Assembly: GCA_027031495.1 (NCBI GenBank)
Contig: JALVQA010000009.1
Location: 16,898 to 80,897 of the forward strand
Source of the DNA: Candidatus Moraniibacteriota bacterium
GTDB lineage: Bacteria > Patescibacteriota > Minisyncoccia > Moranbacterales > GCA-2747515
Reading direction: 5' to 3'
DNA length: 64,000 bases
The stretch's first letter is position 1. Each line of letters starts with the position of its first letter. The notes beneath the pieces are model-generated. The model ran no database searches. It was not told the origin of the DNA and saw only the letters and a program-made list of their open reading frames with translations. The translations under genes were made by a program, and so were the position numbers. Positions 36,858 to 46,144 of the stretch are shown one piece after another.

Positions 36858-38138
36858 CTAAAATACCAATAATTCCGGCACAAAAATCATAATAACACCG
36901 AGCACAATCATAAGAATTGCGCCAACAAGCGTTGTCCACTTGTTATACTTCATTGTGTCGGAAAGGTGGCCTGCACCATAAAGTGCTGCAGCAAAGACGA
37001 CAATATCATCAATCATGTACGTAGCGATGTAAAGCAACATCTGAAACTGTGTTGCAAAAAAGCCGAGATCATTAAGTTCAAGAATTTTTGTATATGCTTG
37101 CGGAATACCAATACTGCACGCAAACTCAAAGATATTTACACTGAATGCAAGCATAATAATACCACCGGCCGTTGCAAGCGTGAGAGGGCGTTTGACAAGT
37201 TTTTCAACTCTGTGCGCCATCGTTTTTTGTTGCGATGCGTCAGTAACCGAGCAAACCGGCTTCCAAACAAGAAATCTCTTAAGAAAGTAGAGACCGCTTC
37301 CGAGCGCAAGAAAACCAACCAATGGCGTTACGATCCGTGAAAGACCAATAAAGTCCCATGTACTAAACCATGCCATCAAGATAAGCCAGTACATAATGGC
37401 CTCGGCAAGGATAAAGAGGCCGGCATACTGCCACATGCGCTTTTTTGAACCTGTTTGCAAAAGCAGCGTAAGAAAAACAATCAGCACCCACATCGCACAC
37501 GGATTGAACCCATCAACAAGGCCGAGAATAAGTGACACCGCCGGCAGTGGTAGTGTTGCCAAAGAAATTGTTGTACCAATAAATGGCAAGCGTACAACAA
37601 ACGCGTCTGTGTCACACCCTTTTGTCGGATCAGCATCACACACCTCAGCATCAACAAGTGATGATGCAACCGTCACAGGTGGCGCTGTTCCATCAAGAAT
37701 CGCATCAAAAGTTGTAGATACTTCACTTGTTTTAATAAGCTTCTCTATAAATGCACCTGTTGTCTGTGCCGTATCAAAACCGCTAAAGAGCGTCGTGCCA
37801 ACAAGCGTAATCGGCGTACCCTGTGAAAGACCAAATTTTTTTGTAATCACACTGAATTTTTCATACTCCTGTGGCACATCAATGTTATGATATCGTATAT
37901 CAATCTTCTTACCGTAGCGCTTTTTCAGCGTAGCAAGAAATGCTTTCAGCGCGATACAGTGTTTGCAGTCATCACGCACAAAAGCAGAGATGATGACAGT
38001 TGTATCATATCTTTGTGCAACACTTTCATGTGCAGCGCTACCTTCTTGTGCTACGACTGTTATCGGCGTAATAAAGAAAGTGATAGCAGCAACCGCACCT
38101 ATCAAGCTGCCTATTGTTACGAGAAAAATACGTTGCAT
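36858..38138 (-). CDS. Exported thioredoxin/glutaredoxin domain fused to CcdA/DsbD-like membrane domain
   Basis: Signal/TM, CKHC plus GTP cis-Pro, then DGFNPC and EFACSIG in a 6-TM region. Confidence 0.8.
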   Translation of the reverse strand: MQRIFLVTIGSLIGAVAAITFFITPITVVAQEGSAAHESVAQRYDTTVIISAFVRDDCKHCIALKAFLATLKKRYGKKIDIRYHNIDVPQEYEKFSVITKKFGLSQGTPITLVGTTLFSGFDTAQTTGAFIEKLIKTSEVSTTFDAILDGTAPPVTVASSLVDAEVCDADPTKGCDTDAFVVRLPFIGTTISLATLPLPAVSLILGLVDGFNPCAMWVLIVFLTLLLQTGSKKRMWQYAGLFILAEAIMYWLILMAWFSTWDFIGLSRIVTPLVGFLALGSGLYFLKRFLVWKPVCSVTDASQQKTMAHRVEKLVKRPLTLATAGGIIMLAFSVNIFEFACSIGIPQAYTKILELNDLGFFATQFQMLLYIATYMIDDIVVFAAALYGAGHLSDTMKYNKWTTLVGAILMIVLGVIMIFVPELLVF

Positions 38139-38248
38139 ATTTTTTATTTACTATAATTGTTTCTCATTCTATCACACATTGTATCACACGTTTCCTCTGC
38201 ACATATACCACCATCTTTGGTGTTGCAGAATACATGTCACTTCATGCT

Positions 38249-38296
38249 AAAAAACAAAAGACACGCACACCCTCTGTTGTGTATGCGTGTCTTTTG
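38249..38296 (-). terminator. Intrinsic terminator after the MauE/DoxX-like gene
   Basis: caaaagacacgcacac/gtatgcgtgtcttttg stem with U-tail on - strand. Confidence 0.7.
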
Positions 38297-38308
38297 CATT
38301 ATATCACC

Positions 38309-38794
38309 CTAGAGCCACCACAGGATCGTCGTTGCAAGACTTGCCATTACAGCAATTTCTATTAAGTCAAACCATCCCAAGCGTGCACGAAAAACTGTCC
38401 CCATACTGCCGGAGTAAACAACTTTTCCGTCGTGAAGTGCAAGATAAACGCCAAGGCCCGTTAGCGTCAACACAAACAGTGTAATGCTATTAAGGACAAC
38501 GGGATTGGCATTAAAAAGGTAGCCAAAGCCAAGTGCCAATTCAATAAATGGGTAGAGGTAGCCGTATGGCAGAAAATTACGTGCAACAAGGTCGTAGCGC
38601 GCAAACGTCGTCGCAAACCCGCCAAGATGCATGATCTTTGGAATACTGAACGTCAAGAAGAAAATCGCTATAAGAAGTTGCATGTGTCGCAGTGGCGGTT
38701 GTGCGTGCTCAATGTGAATCATGATATATGTTACTACTAAAACGATGACCCACATCGCAATGCGCGGTATTTTTGAACTTTTGTATTTTTGCAT
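38309..38794 (-). CDS. MauE/DoxX-family membrane protein
   Basis: FF..FS..K....GFA..F..YD..A.....YG..YPFIELALG pattern. Confidence 0.75.
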   Translation of the reverse strand: MQKYKSSKIPRIAMWVIVLVVTYIMIHIEHAQPPLRHMQLLIAIFFLTFSIPKIMHLGGFATTFARYDLVARNFLPYGYLYPFIELALGFGYLFNANPVVLNSITLFVLTLTGLGVYLALHDGKVVYSGSMGTVFRARLGWFDLIEIAVMASLATTILWWL

Positions 38795-38937
38795 ACTCTT
38801 TTTATTTTTTGTTTACATATCTGATGTACTTATCATATCACAGAAAAGGAAAAATCTCCAGAATATAGGTACTCGCTGTTGACATGCAATCAATATGTGT
38901 TATTGTTCTATCGTGTAAAACAACAGAGGCCTTTAAA

Positions 38938-39408
38938 ATGAAATTGAAATCTTTGTCTTTCATCAGGAGATTTTTATCTTTCATCGGAAAGATATTTGCA
39001 AAAAGAAGGGATACGACACCCGTTCCCGTTCACAGTGCGTCTCTAAGAGACATTATGGAGAGCGCACCACCAACTCAATCTGGGAAGCCAACTCTTGGGA
39101 AGAGAACTGCAAGACTTGTGTACACAATCCACCCATATATGTACAGGAATGACTTTGAAACAATCATTCACTGGATTGGCATGGTCGTCAACGAGAATAC
39201 AACACCGAAGCAAGCACGGAAAAGTGTATGTGATTGTTTGCCGCAATTATTCAAAGAAAAAGGGGAAGAAAAGAATATTGCCAGAATGGTTGTCGATTTT
39301 GCGAGAGCTGCGTCAATCCTAACAAAAATCAAGCGCGACCACGGTGAAGACGTACCGCCGAGGATTATCGCATCTCTCATACACGCACACAACATCATAA
39401 ATTTATGA
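38938..39408 (+). CDS. Hypothetical protein
   Basis: ORF with TTGACA..TG-T-TATTGT promoter upstream and terminator downstream. Confidence 0.55.
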   Translation: MKLKSLSFIRRFLSFIGKIFAKRRDTTPVPVHSASLRDIMESAPPTQSGKPTLGKRTARLVYTIHPYMYRNDFETIIHWIGMVVNENTTPKQARKSVCDCLPQLFKEKGEEKNIARMVVDFARAASILTKIKRDHGEDVPPRIIASLIHAHNIINL

Positions 39409-39434
39409 TTTTTTTATAAATTTAGCATTTTTGC

Positions 39435-39476
39435 ACACCGCAATAAGATCATAAGAATACATTGCGGTGTTTTTTT
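39435..39476 (+). terminator. Intrinsic terminator
   Basis: acaccgcaat/attgcggtgt stem plus T-run. Confidence 0.7.
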
Positions 39477-39629
39477 ATTTAACAAAACGTTTGTGAATAA
39501 TGGGGCTAAGCTTGCATATATACATATTATGTGATCGAATTCACATCATGCATTAGAATTTGACAGGAGAAATCATGTACTGTAGCATGTTAGGTGGTCC
39601 TTTTACACTTACAACTGCTGGGGGATGTT

Positions 39630-39932
39630 ATGACGGATAACATAAGAAAAGAGAGACTTGTGGACAGCGCATTCGATATCGTGCGAGCTGTTGTACTCAA
39701 TAATGTCGCCGCCTCTCTTTTTGATGAAGATGAAGTGGTCGACTGGCGCGCCGTGAAAGAGCGCATACAAGAATTTCGCCGTGCCTTTGAAGATGTCTAC
39801 GGCGATGACCTGGAAAAAGCAACGGACATCGAGCTGGTACGTACTGCCGATGATGCAGACGTCTACAGCAAGATTATTTTTCCAATGGTTGCCCACGTCG
39901 TCACGAGGGCTACAAAGAAGGATGGCACATAA
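39630..39932 (+). CDS. Small acidic hypothetical protein
   Basis: GGGGA before ATG; TTGACA-17-TAGCAT promoter at about 39560-39588. Confidence 0.6.
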   Translation: MTDNIRKERLVDSAFDIVRAVVLNNVAASLFDEDEVVDWRAVKERIQEFRRAFEDVYGDDLEKATDIELVRTADDADVYSKIIFPMVAHVVTRATKKDGT

Positions 39933-39983
39933 AAAACTTCCAGTGCTCTCTTGACGATCTCTATATTTCAAAGGATTATATAT

Positions 39984-40904
39984 TTAATCCTTTTTTTGTT
40001 GTGGAAAAATGCTACTTAGATGCTCGTATATGTTAACAGCCCACTCTGTAATATCTTCCCTTCTCTTAAAATTGACATTATCAGGTATAAATATCTGAGG
40101 CGGGAACTTGACCCTCTTGACATCAAGAGGTTCCCTTCCAGTCCTTTCATAGAGATCATCTTCCCACTGTTCGATTGCATTTCTGTCAATATCTGCAAAC
40201 GCATGTGCAATGAATCTAATAGCCATATTAATATCACTCATCAAAGCATCATGTACTATGCTCCGCATTTTATCACGCATTCTAATCACACCTTGTTCGT
40301 CATTATCACTTCGGTAGATATTACCAGATCTTTCAAGTGCAGCGATCGCATCAATGTATCGCGGAATATCATTAGAAAATATTTGACGTAACATTTGCAG
40401 TGCTTCTTCTTTTTCTTTTGCTAATTGCTCCCATTCTTCCTCAGGGTGATCTCCTTCTTCTAATGTCGCACTTTTTATAAGACTTATAGCGTTTTTTACA
40501 TACTCTTCAGGAGTTTGTGGCATTTCTTTTTCATGATGGGACGCTGAGGTATCTCGCTTTTCGCTTTCTGTTTTAGTGGATACTGTGGCGATTTGAGGTT
40601 CTTCCCTACCAACATTTCTATCAGCGTTATATCTCTCTTCTTCTGTATCCTTATGTCGCATTTTAAACCTCATGTATCTCTCATACTCTTTACTACCCGG
40701 CGAAAATGGTGCATTGTGATAAAGTCTTAGCGTTCTTTGTATTCCTTTGGCTTCTTCGCGACGCAGTTTTCTTTCTTGTTCTTTATCTTCTTGAATTCTA
40801 TTGACATTTTCTTGCCCTTCTTGCTTGCTTTCTGCGGCATAACAATTAAGGCTTCCTCCAGCATGCTCATTGGAATAATTTCTACCGCCCTCTAAATACA
40901 TCAT
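39984..40904 (-). CDS. Charged helical hypothetical protein, AT-rich
   Basis: About 306-aa ORF; start uncertain (40946 or 40904). Confidence 0.65.
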   Translation of the reverse strand: MMYLEGGRNYSNEHAGGSLNCYAAESKQEGQENVNRIQEDKEQERKLRREEAKGIQRTLRLYHNAPFSPGSKEYERYMRFKMRHKDTEEERYNADRNVGREEPQIATVSTKTESEKRDTSASHHEKEMPQTPEEYVKNAISLIKSATLEEGDHPEEEWEQLAKEKEEALQMLRQIFSNDIPRYIDAIAALERSGNIYRSDNDEQGVIRMRDKMRSIVHDALMSDINMAIRFIAHAFADIDRNAIEQWEDDLYERTGREPLDVKRVKFPPQIFIPDNVNFKRREDITEWAVNIYEHLSSIFPQQKKD

Positions 40905-41090
40905 ACTTTTAATGCTATGACTACATATTATTCTATACATGCTCAATTATACCATAATTCGTAAAAACAATCAAATCATGTCCATGCATTAATTCTTCTC
41001 AATGACGCGAGATGACAATACGTACAGTAAAACAGCTGTGTTATAATAGACGAATTATTACCACATAAACGTGAAAATGTTACTAAAATT

Positions 41091-42155
41091 ATGCAAAACA
41101 TCCTTATCACCGGCGGTGCCGGCTACATTGGCTCACACACGGTTGTCGCGCTTCATGAAGCGGGCTTTCGTCCCGTTATCATTGACAATCTCAGCAATAG
41201 TGACGCACGCGTACTAGACGGGATCGCGCACATTACCGGCACTCGCCCGTCATTTTATCGTGGCGACTGTCGTGATATAGATCTCCTGCGTAAAATTTTC
41301 ACGCAAGAGGACATCGCCGGTGTCATTCACTTCGCCGCATACAAAGCCGTTGGTGAGAGCGTACAAGAACCGCTTAAATACTATGATAACAATATCAACG
41401 CGCTCTTACGCGTTCTTATAGCATCACAAGAGCACTCAGCCGGACAAGAGCATGTGTTTCCTTTTATCTTCTCTTCCAGCGCCACCGTCTACGGTGAGGC
41501 AGATACGATGCCACTGACGGAAGAAACGCCGCGCAAACCAGCAACCAATCCTTATGGCAACACCAAAGCAATTGCCGAGGATATTTTGCACGATGTCGTT
41601 CATGCACAGCGCAGAGCGAATGCATCATTATACGCAACGCCGCTTCATGCCATCGCACTGCGCTACTTTAATCCTATTGGCGCGCACCCGAGCGCCGCAA
41701 TCGGCGAGAATCCCCACGGACGACCGGAAAACCTCGTTCCCTATCTCGTCCAAGCCGCATCCGGCAGGCGCGAGCCGCTCACGATCTACGGCAACGACTA
41801 CCCCACACCAGATGGTACCGGCGTGCGCGACTACATCCACGTCGTGGACCTCGCAGAAGCACATGTAGCAGCGATGCAATACGCCTTTGCCCAAACCGAC
41901 GCGCCGCGTTTTGACATCTTCAACATTGGTACCGGTCGCGGCACGAGCGTCAAAGAACTCATCGCCACTTTTGAAGAGGTTACCGGTGTAAACGTTCCAC
42001 ACACAATTGGCGCGCGCCGTCCCGGAGATGTTGCCGTTTGCTACGCTGACACAACTAAAGCTGCAGATATCCTCGGATGGCGCGCTCGCTGTAGCATCGC
42101 TGACGCATTACGCGATGCCTGGGTGTGGGAACAACGCCAACACACCACATCCTAG
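41091..42155 (+). CDS. galE: UDP-glucose 4-epimerase
   Basis: TGGAGYIGSH, HFAAYKAVGES, SSSATVYG, YGNTK, LRYFNP.GAH, RDYIHV. Confidence 0.97.
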   Translation: MQNILITGGAGYIGSHTVVALHEAGFRPVIIDNLSNSDARVLDGIAHITGTRPSFYRGDCRDIDLLRKIFTQEDIAGVIHFAAYKAVGESVQEPLKYYDNNINALLRVLIASQEHSAGQEHVFPFIFSSSATVYGEADTMPLTEETPRKPATNPYGNTKAIAEDILHDVVHAQRRANASLYATPLHAIALRYFNPIGAHPSAAIGENPHGRPENLVPYLVQAASGRREPLTIYGNDYPTPDGTGVRDYIHVVDLAEAHVAAMQYAFAQTDAPRFDIFNIGTGRGTSVKELIATFEEVTGVNVPHTIGARRPGDVAVCYADTTKAADILGWRARCSIADALRDAWVWEQRQHTTS

Positions 42156-42163
42156 ATGCTCAC

Positions 42164-43479
42164 TTAGAGAAATATGGAATCATGCATGATAAAGACACAG
42201 TACACTATGATGCACAATACAACGTTATACAGAATTTGTATATGCAGGAGCTTTTGCGGAATATGTGCCAGCGCGATAATAGCCAATAGCCCCGGCAGGC
42301 TGTAGCGTGGCTCAATCAACCAGTGCAACGCCAATGATGCCACGGTGGCACCGGCCCACAACAGTGCCAGCGTTATATTACGCCAGTGCAACGCAAAGAG
42401 TGTTCCCAACGCGACAACCACAACGACATATGAAACGCCTCGGGCAAATGGTGCTGTTGCAATGGCAATAAGCACATCGTTATGCAAGAAACGCTCTGCT
42501 GTTACGAAATTGTAAGCGTGATCTATGACAAACGTCTTGTCATAGAAAAACCACCCGGCGAGAATGAGTAGCACCAACCCCACTTTTTGCATCCGAGACA
42601 GCCGTGAGATATTACGCATGATGTCCGCACTGATGCAACAACCAGTGGCAAAAACAGCACCGCAAAACATAGCAAAGAGAAATAGATATTCCCCCAGTGC
42701 AATGCACCTGCCGGATGGGCACTCTTGTCTCCCAGTGCCACGCCGCCATTAATGACAACAAATCCGGCAAACGCAGCCATCACCAGCCCATATGGAAAAT
42801 ACCACAAGAGAAACTGCCATGAACCCACTCTCTGTAGCAACGCTATCCAATGGCGACGCTGTATTGGAACACGCACGCGCCCATAAATATCTACAAGCAT
42901 GAATGCCACAACGGCAGCGGCAATGTATATCACCATATCCTGGCGCACGAGTAGTGTCAGTGCAAAGAGGCCGGCAGCAGCCCAATGACATCGCTTGTAT
43001 GCCAGTGCCACCGCCAAGAGAAAGAGTGAGACTGCCGGGATATCCGTATACACAATAAACGTGAAGAGAAACACTAGTGGCAGTGTGAGTACAGCAAACA
43101 TCTCTTCTTCTGCACGCCCTGTTGTCCTCACAAGCACATAGATTCCCAGCACAAGGAGTATGCCAAACACCGTTGCGGAAATATACCGAATATGGCGCTG
43201 CTTTGGATACTTCCCAAATGGATGCGCTATCACCTGTACACCACGTGCAACATAAGCTACGGCGTAGTGGTAGCCGGGAATATTGGTGAGGTTTTCAAAA
43301 TCCGCCTGTGACTGAATCTTGTCGCTATAGATGCGCTTGATCATCTTGCTGTGTACTTTTTCATCACGCCGAAAACCCTTTTCTGTCGCAAGCATGAAGA
43401 GTGCAATAGCCTGCAAGAGAATGAGTGCTATGATCGCTGTCCGATGACGTGACCAGAAGCTTTGTGTTGTCTGTGCCAT
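42164..43479 (-). pseudogene. ALG10/DIE2-like GT-C glucosyltransferase split by a 1-nt frameshift near 42625 (pseudogene or sequencing error)
   Basis: 5' ORF: DE.VH, PGYH, VYTD, RQ, NGGVALGDKSAH, HWGNIYF. 3' ORF in adjacent frame: H.YN, LIEPRY. Joining gives about 438 aa. Confidence 0.7.
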
Positions 43480-43501
43480 TTGTGTGTTATTACGTCTTAC
43501 T

Positions 43502-44995
43502 TTACTGCAGCCATTGTGGCATCATCCACCCAAGCACGTTGTGCGCTACCGGTGTCGGCAGTGCACTCCAGCGCGCGGCAAGCTCTGCGTCCGAGAGCGC
43601 ATCCACTTGCGTCGGCGTCAGGTGCAACAACTGCGCAATCTTCGTTTTCTTGACCAACAGCGTCACGCGTCCTTGGCGAAACACCACGCGGTAATCGCCA
43701 CTCTCAGCAATACTGCGACGGTATGACATCTTGCGTGTCTCCAATGCCGGACGCTTTGTGCGCTTCTTGTCAGCATATTTGCTGCGCTTGAGGAGAACGT
43801 AATCCGTTAGTTGCCGATTATCCGGCAGGAAAAACTCCGCGCGCCGATTCACATGCGGTCCTACCGATGCGTCCGCTGTCACGCTCCCGCCATCCTTGAT
43901 CTGCCGCACTGCGGCATCCAGCGCATCCGTGTGCACACTCGTTTTGAAGTCCATGCGGTCCAGGAAGTGCGGCACGCCGGCAATCACCAGCCACAGTGCC
44001 ACAACCGCAAACAGCGCCTTCTGCCGCCACTTCCCTTGCCACCGCGCGGCAAGCTCAACGAAAATTATCACAAGCACCGGCGGGATAAGGACAAACACAT
44101 GACTGCCGCCGTTGATGCGCCCGTAGATGATAATCACCAGCGCAATCAGCAGCGACGGGATCAACAAAATGCTGTACCGGCTTGCAAGCGGCAGCACCCA
44201 CGCAAGCGGTGCGAGCCACTCCCCCACGCGCTTGAGTCGCTTGGCAAACTTTGGGACCTCGCCGTGAAGCGCATTGAGAAATTGCTGCTTGATATAGTCG
44301 GATGACCCAAACCCGACGGTAATGAAGAACTTTGCCGCCAGTTGCAGTGCCACACCCGCCACCATCGGCGGCAGCACCCACTTCCAGCTGCGCCGCTGCC
44401 ACAGTGCCAGCACACCCACGAGAAACAGCGTCGGCGAGACAAATTCACTCACAAGCGCCATCGCTAACACCAGCACTAAAAACCGCTTGTACCACCGCTC
44501 GCGGTATGCCATCAGTAACCACAAGAAAAACACCCCGCCGATTGCCACCACATGCATCGGACCGATCACCTGCTTGAGTGTCAGCGGATGTAGCAACCAC
44601 AGCGCGAGCGCTAGATATGCCGCAAGCCACCCAAGCCGCCGCGCCACATAGAAGTACAGCGTCAGCGCGCCGGCAGCAAAGAACGTCTGGATGATAAACA
44701 ATAGCGTCAGTGTGTGCGGCACGAGTGCATACAGCGGTAGGTATAGGAACTGTACGATGTTCAGGTGCTCGCGCAGATTGAACTCATTGCCAATCAAAAA
44801 ACTCTGATGAAACAGCCGCCCGGTAAACACCGTATTCCACAGCGCCTGCTCCGCCACCGCCGTGTCACCGGTACTGAACACATACCCCTCGTACTTCTTG
44901 TGCGTCGCGGCCATCCACACACCAAGCATACACACAACTAACACTACAGCAAGCACGTTGTGCCATGTTAATATGGATTTCTTTATCATAGCCAT
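43502..44995 (-). CDS. DUF2079-like GT-C membrane glycosyltransferase
   Basis: D...EQALWN...G, H.....L.LPLYAL.P...LL..Q, multi-TM, C-terminal soluble domain; GC-rich. Confidence 0.7.
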   Translation of the reverse strand: MAMIKKSILTWHNVLAVVLVVCMLGVWMAATHKKYEGYVFSTGDTAVAEQALWNTVFTGRLFHQSFLIGNEFNLREHLNIVQFLYLPLYALVPHTLTLLFIIQTFFAAGALTLYFYVARRLGWLAAYLALALWLLHPLTLKQVIGPMHVVAIGGVFFLWLLMAYRERWYKRFLVLVLAMALVSEFVSPTLFLVGVLALWQRRSWKWVLPPMVAGVALQLAAKFFITVGFGSSDYIKQQFLNALHGEVPKFAKRLKRVGEWLAPLAWVLPLASRYSILLIPSLLIALVIIIYGRINGGSHVFVLIPPVLVIIFVELAARWQGKWRQKALFAVVALWLVIAGVPHFLDRMDFKTSVHTDALDAAVRQIKDGGSVTADASVGPHVNRRAEFFLPDNRQLTDYVLLKRSKYADKKRTKRPALETRKMSYRRSIAESGDYRVVFRQGRVTLLVKKTKIAQLLHLTPTQVDALSDAELAARWSALPTPVAHNVLGWMMPQWLQ

Positions 44996-45054
44996 TTTGT
45001 ATAGAATGTCGTTAATGTATTCCTACATTACAAGTAGTCAAAGTATTCTACTTT

Positions 45055-46134
45055 TCATTTATTTGCAATAATCTTCATGATCTTTTCAGCACTTTTACCG
45101 TCGCCAAATGGATTTGTCCATACGACATCCTTTTTTATGAGAGCACTGGCACTTGTTAAGATACGCTCATTGTCACTGTTACCAACAAGGACGCAGCCAC
45201 CAACATCAACAGCTTCTGGTCGCTCCGTATTCTCACGCAAAACGATACACTTCTTTTTTAGAATACATGATTCTTCTTGTAAACCGCCACTATCCGTTGC
45301 AATAAGAACTGCCATCTTCTGTAACATGAGCATGTCAAGATAACCAACAGGATCGATAGTTGTAAAATTTTGTGGCAGAGTGATATGAATTTTTTCTATC
45401 ATCTTTTTGGTTCGTGGATGCGCCGGGAAAACGACACGAACATTATGCATTTTTGCAATTTTCGATACAGCTCCTATAACTACCTTCAAATTGCTCTCAA
45501 CATCAACAGTCGCCGGTCTATGTGCTGTCATCAATATATAGTCATCACCACTCAAATTAAGTGTTTGTAAGATCTTTGATTTTTGTTCAGCAATCTGTAC
45601 ACCTTCCAGAACAGCGTCAACAATCGTATTACCAACAGTAAAGATCTTTGAGCCCTCAATCCCTTCTGTCATTAGGATATCAGCCTGTCTTTTTGTCGGC
45701 GCAAAAAGGTAATCTGATACATGATCGGTTACAATACGATTGATTTCTTCCGGCATAGAACGGTCATAGCTCCTTAGACCTGCTTCAACATGCCCAACTT
45801 TTATATCTATCTTTGACGCAACAAGCGCCGCTGCCATAACAGTATTTGTATCTCCTTGCACAAGCACGATATCAGGATTCTCTTTTTGTAGCACTTTTTC
45901 TATTTCTATCATCATACGTCCCGTCATTTCGCCATGACTTCCAGAACCAATGCCGAGATTATACTTAGGCTGCACTAGCTCAAGTTCATCAAAAAATATT
46001 TTGTCCATATTCTCCGAATAGTGCTGATTCGTATGTATAACGAAATACTCTTTGTTGTAATTCTCGCAAAATCTGATAATCGGTGCCATTTTAATAATTT
46101 CCGGCCGCGTTCCAAGAATAATTGCTGTTTTCAT
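45055..46134 (-). CDS. wecB: UDP-N-acetylglucosamine 2-epimerase (non-hydrolysing)
   Basis: GTRPE.IK, QGDT, HVEAGLRS, PEE.NR, DSGG.QEE, R..TERPE. Confidence 0.96.
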   Translation of the reverse strand: MKTAIILGTRPEIIKMAPIIRFCENYNKEYFVIHTNQHYSENMDKIFFDELELVQPKYNLGIGSGSHGEMTGRMMIEIEKVLQKENPDIVLVQGDTNTVMAAALVASKIDIKVGHVEAGLRSYDRSMPEEINRIVTDHVSDYLFAPTKRQADILMTEGIEGSKIFTVGNTIVDAVLEGVQIAEQKSKILQTLNLSGDDYILMTAHRPATVDVESNLKVVIGAVSKIAKMHNVRVVFPAHPRTKKMIEKIHITLPQNFTTIDPVGYLDMLMLQKMAVLIATDSGGLQEESCILKKKCIVLRENTERPEAVDVGGCVLVGNSDNERILTSASALIKKDVVWTNPFGDGKSAEKIMKIIANK

Positions 46135-46144
46135 AAAAAAATGA

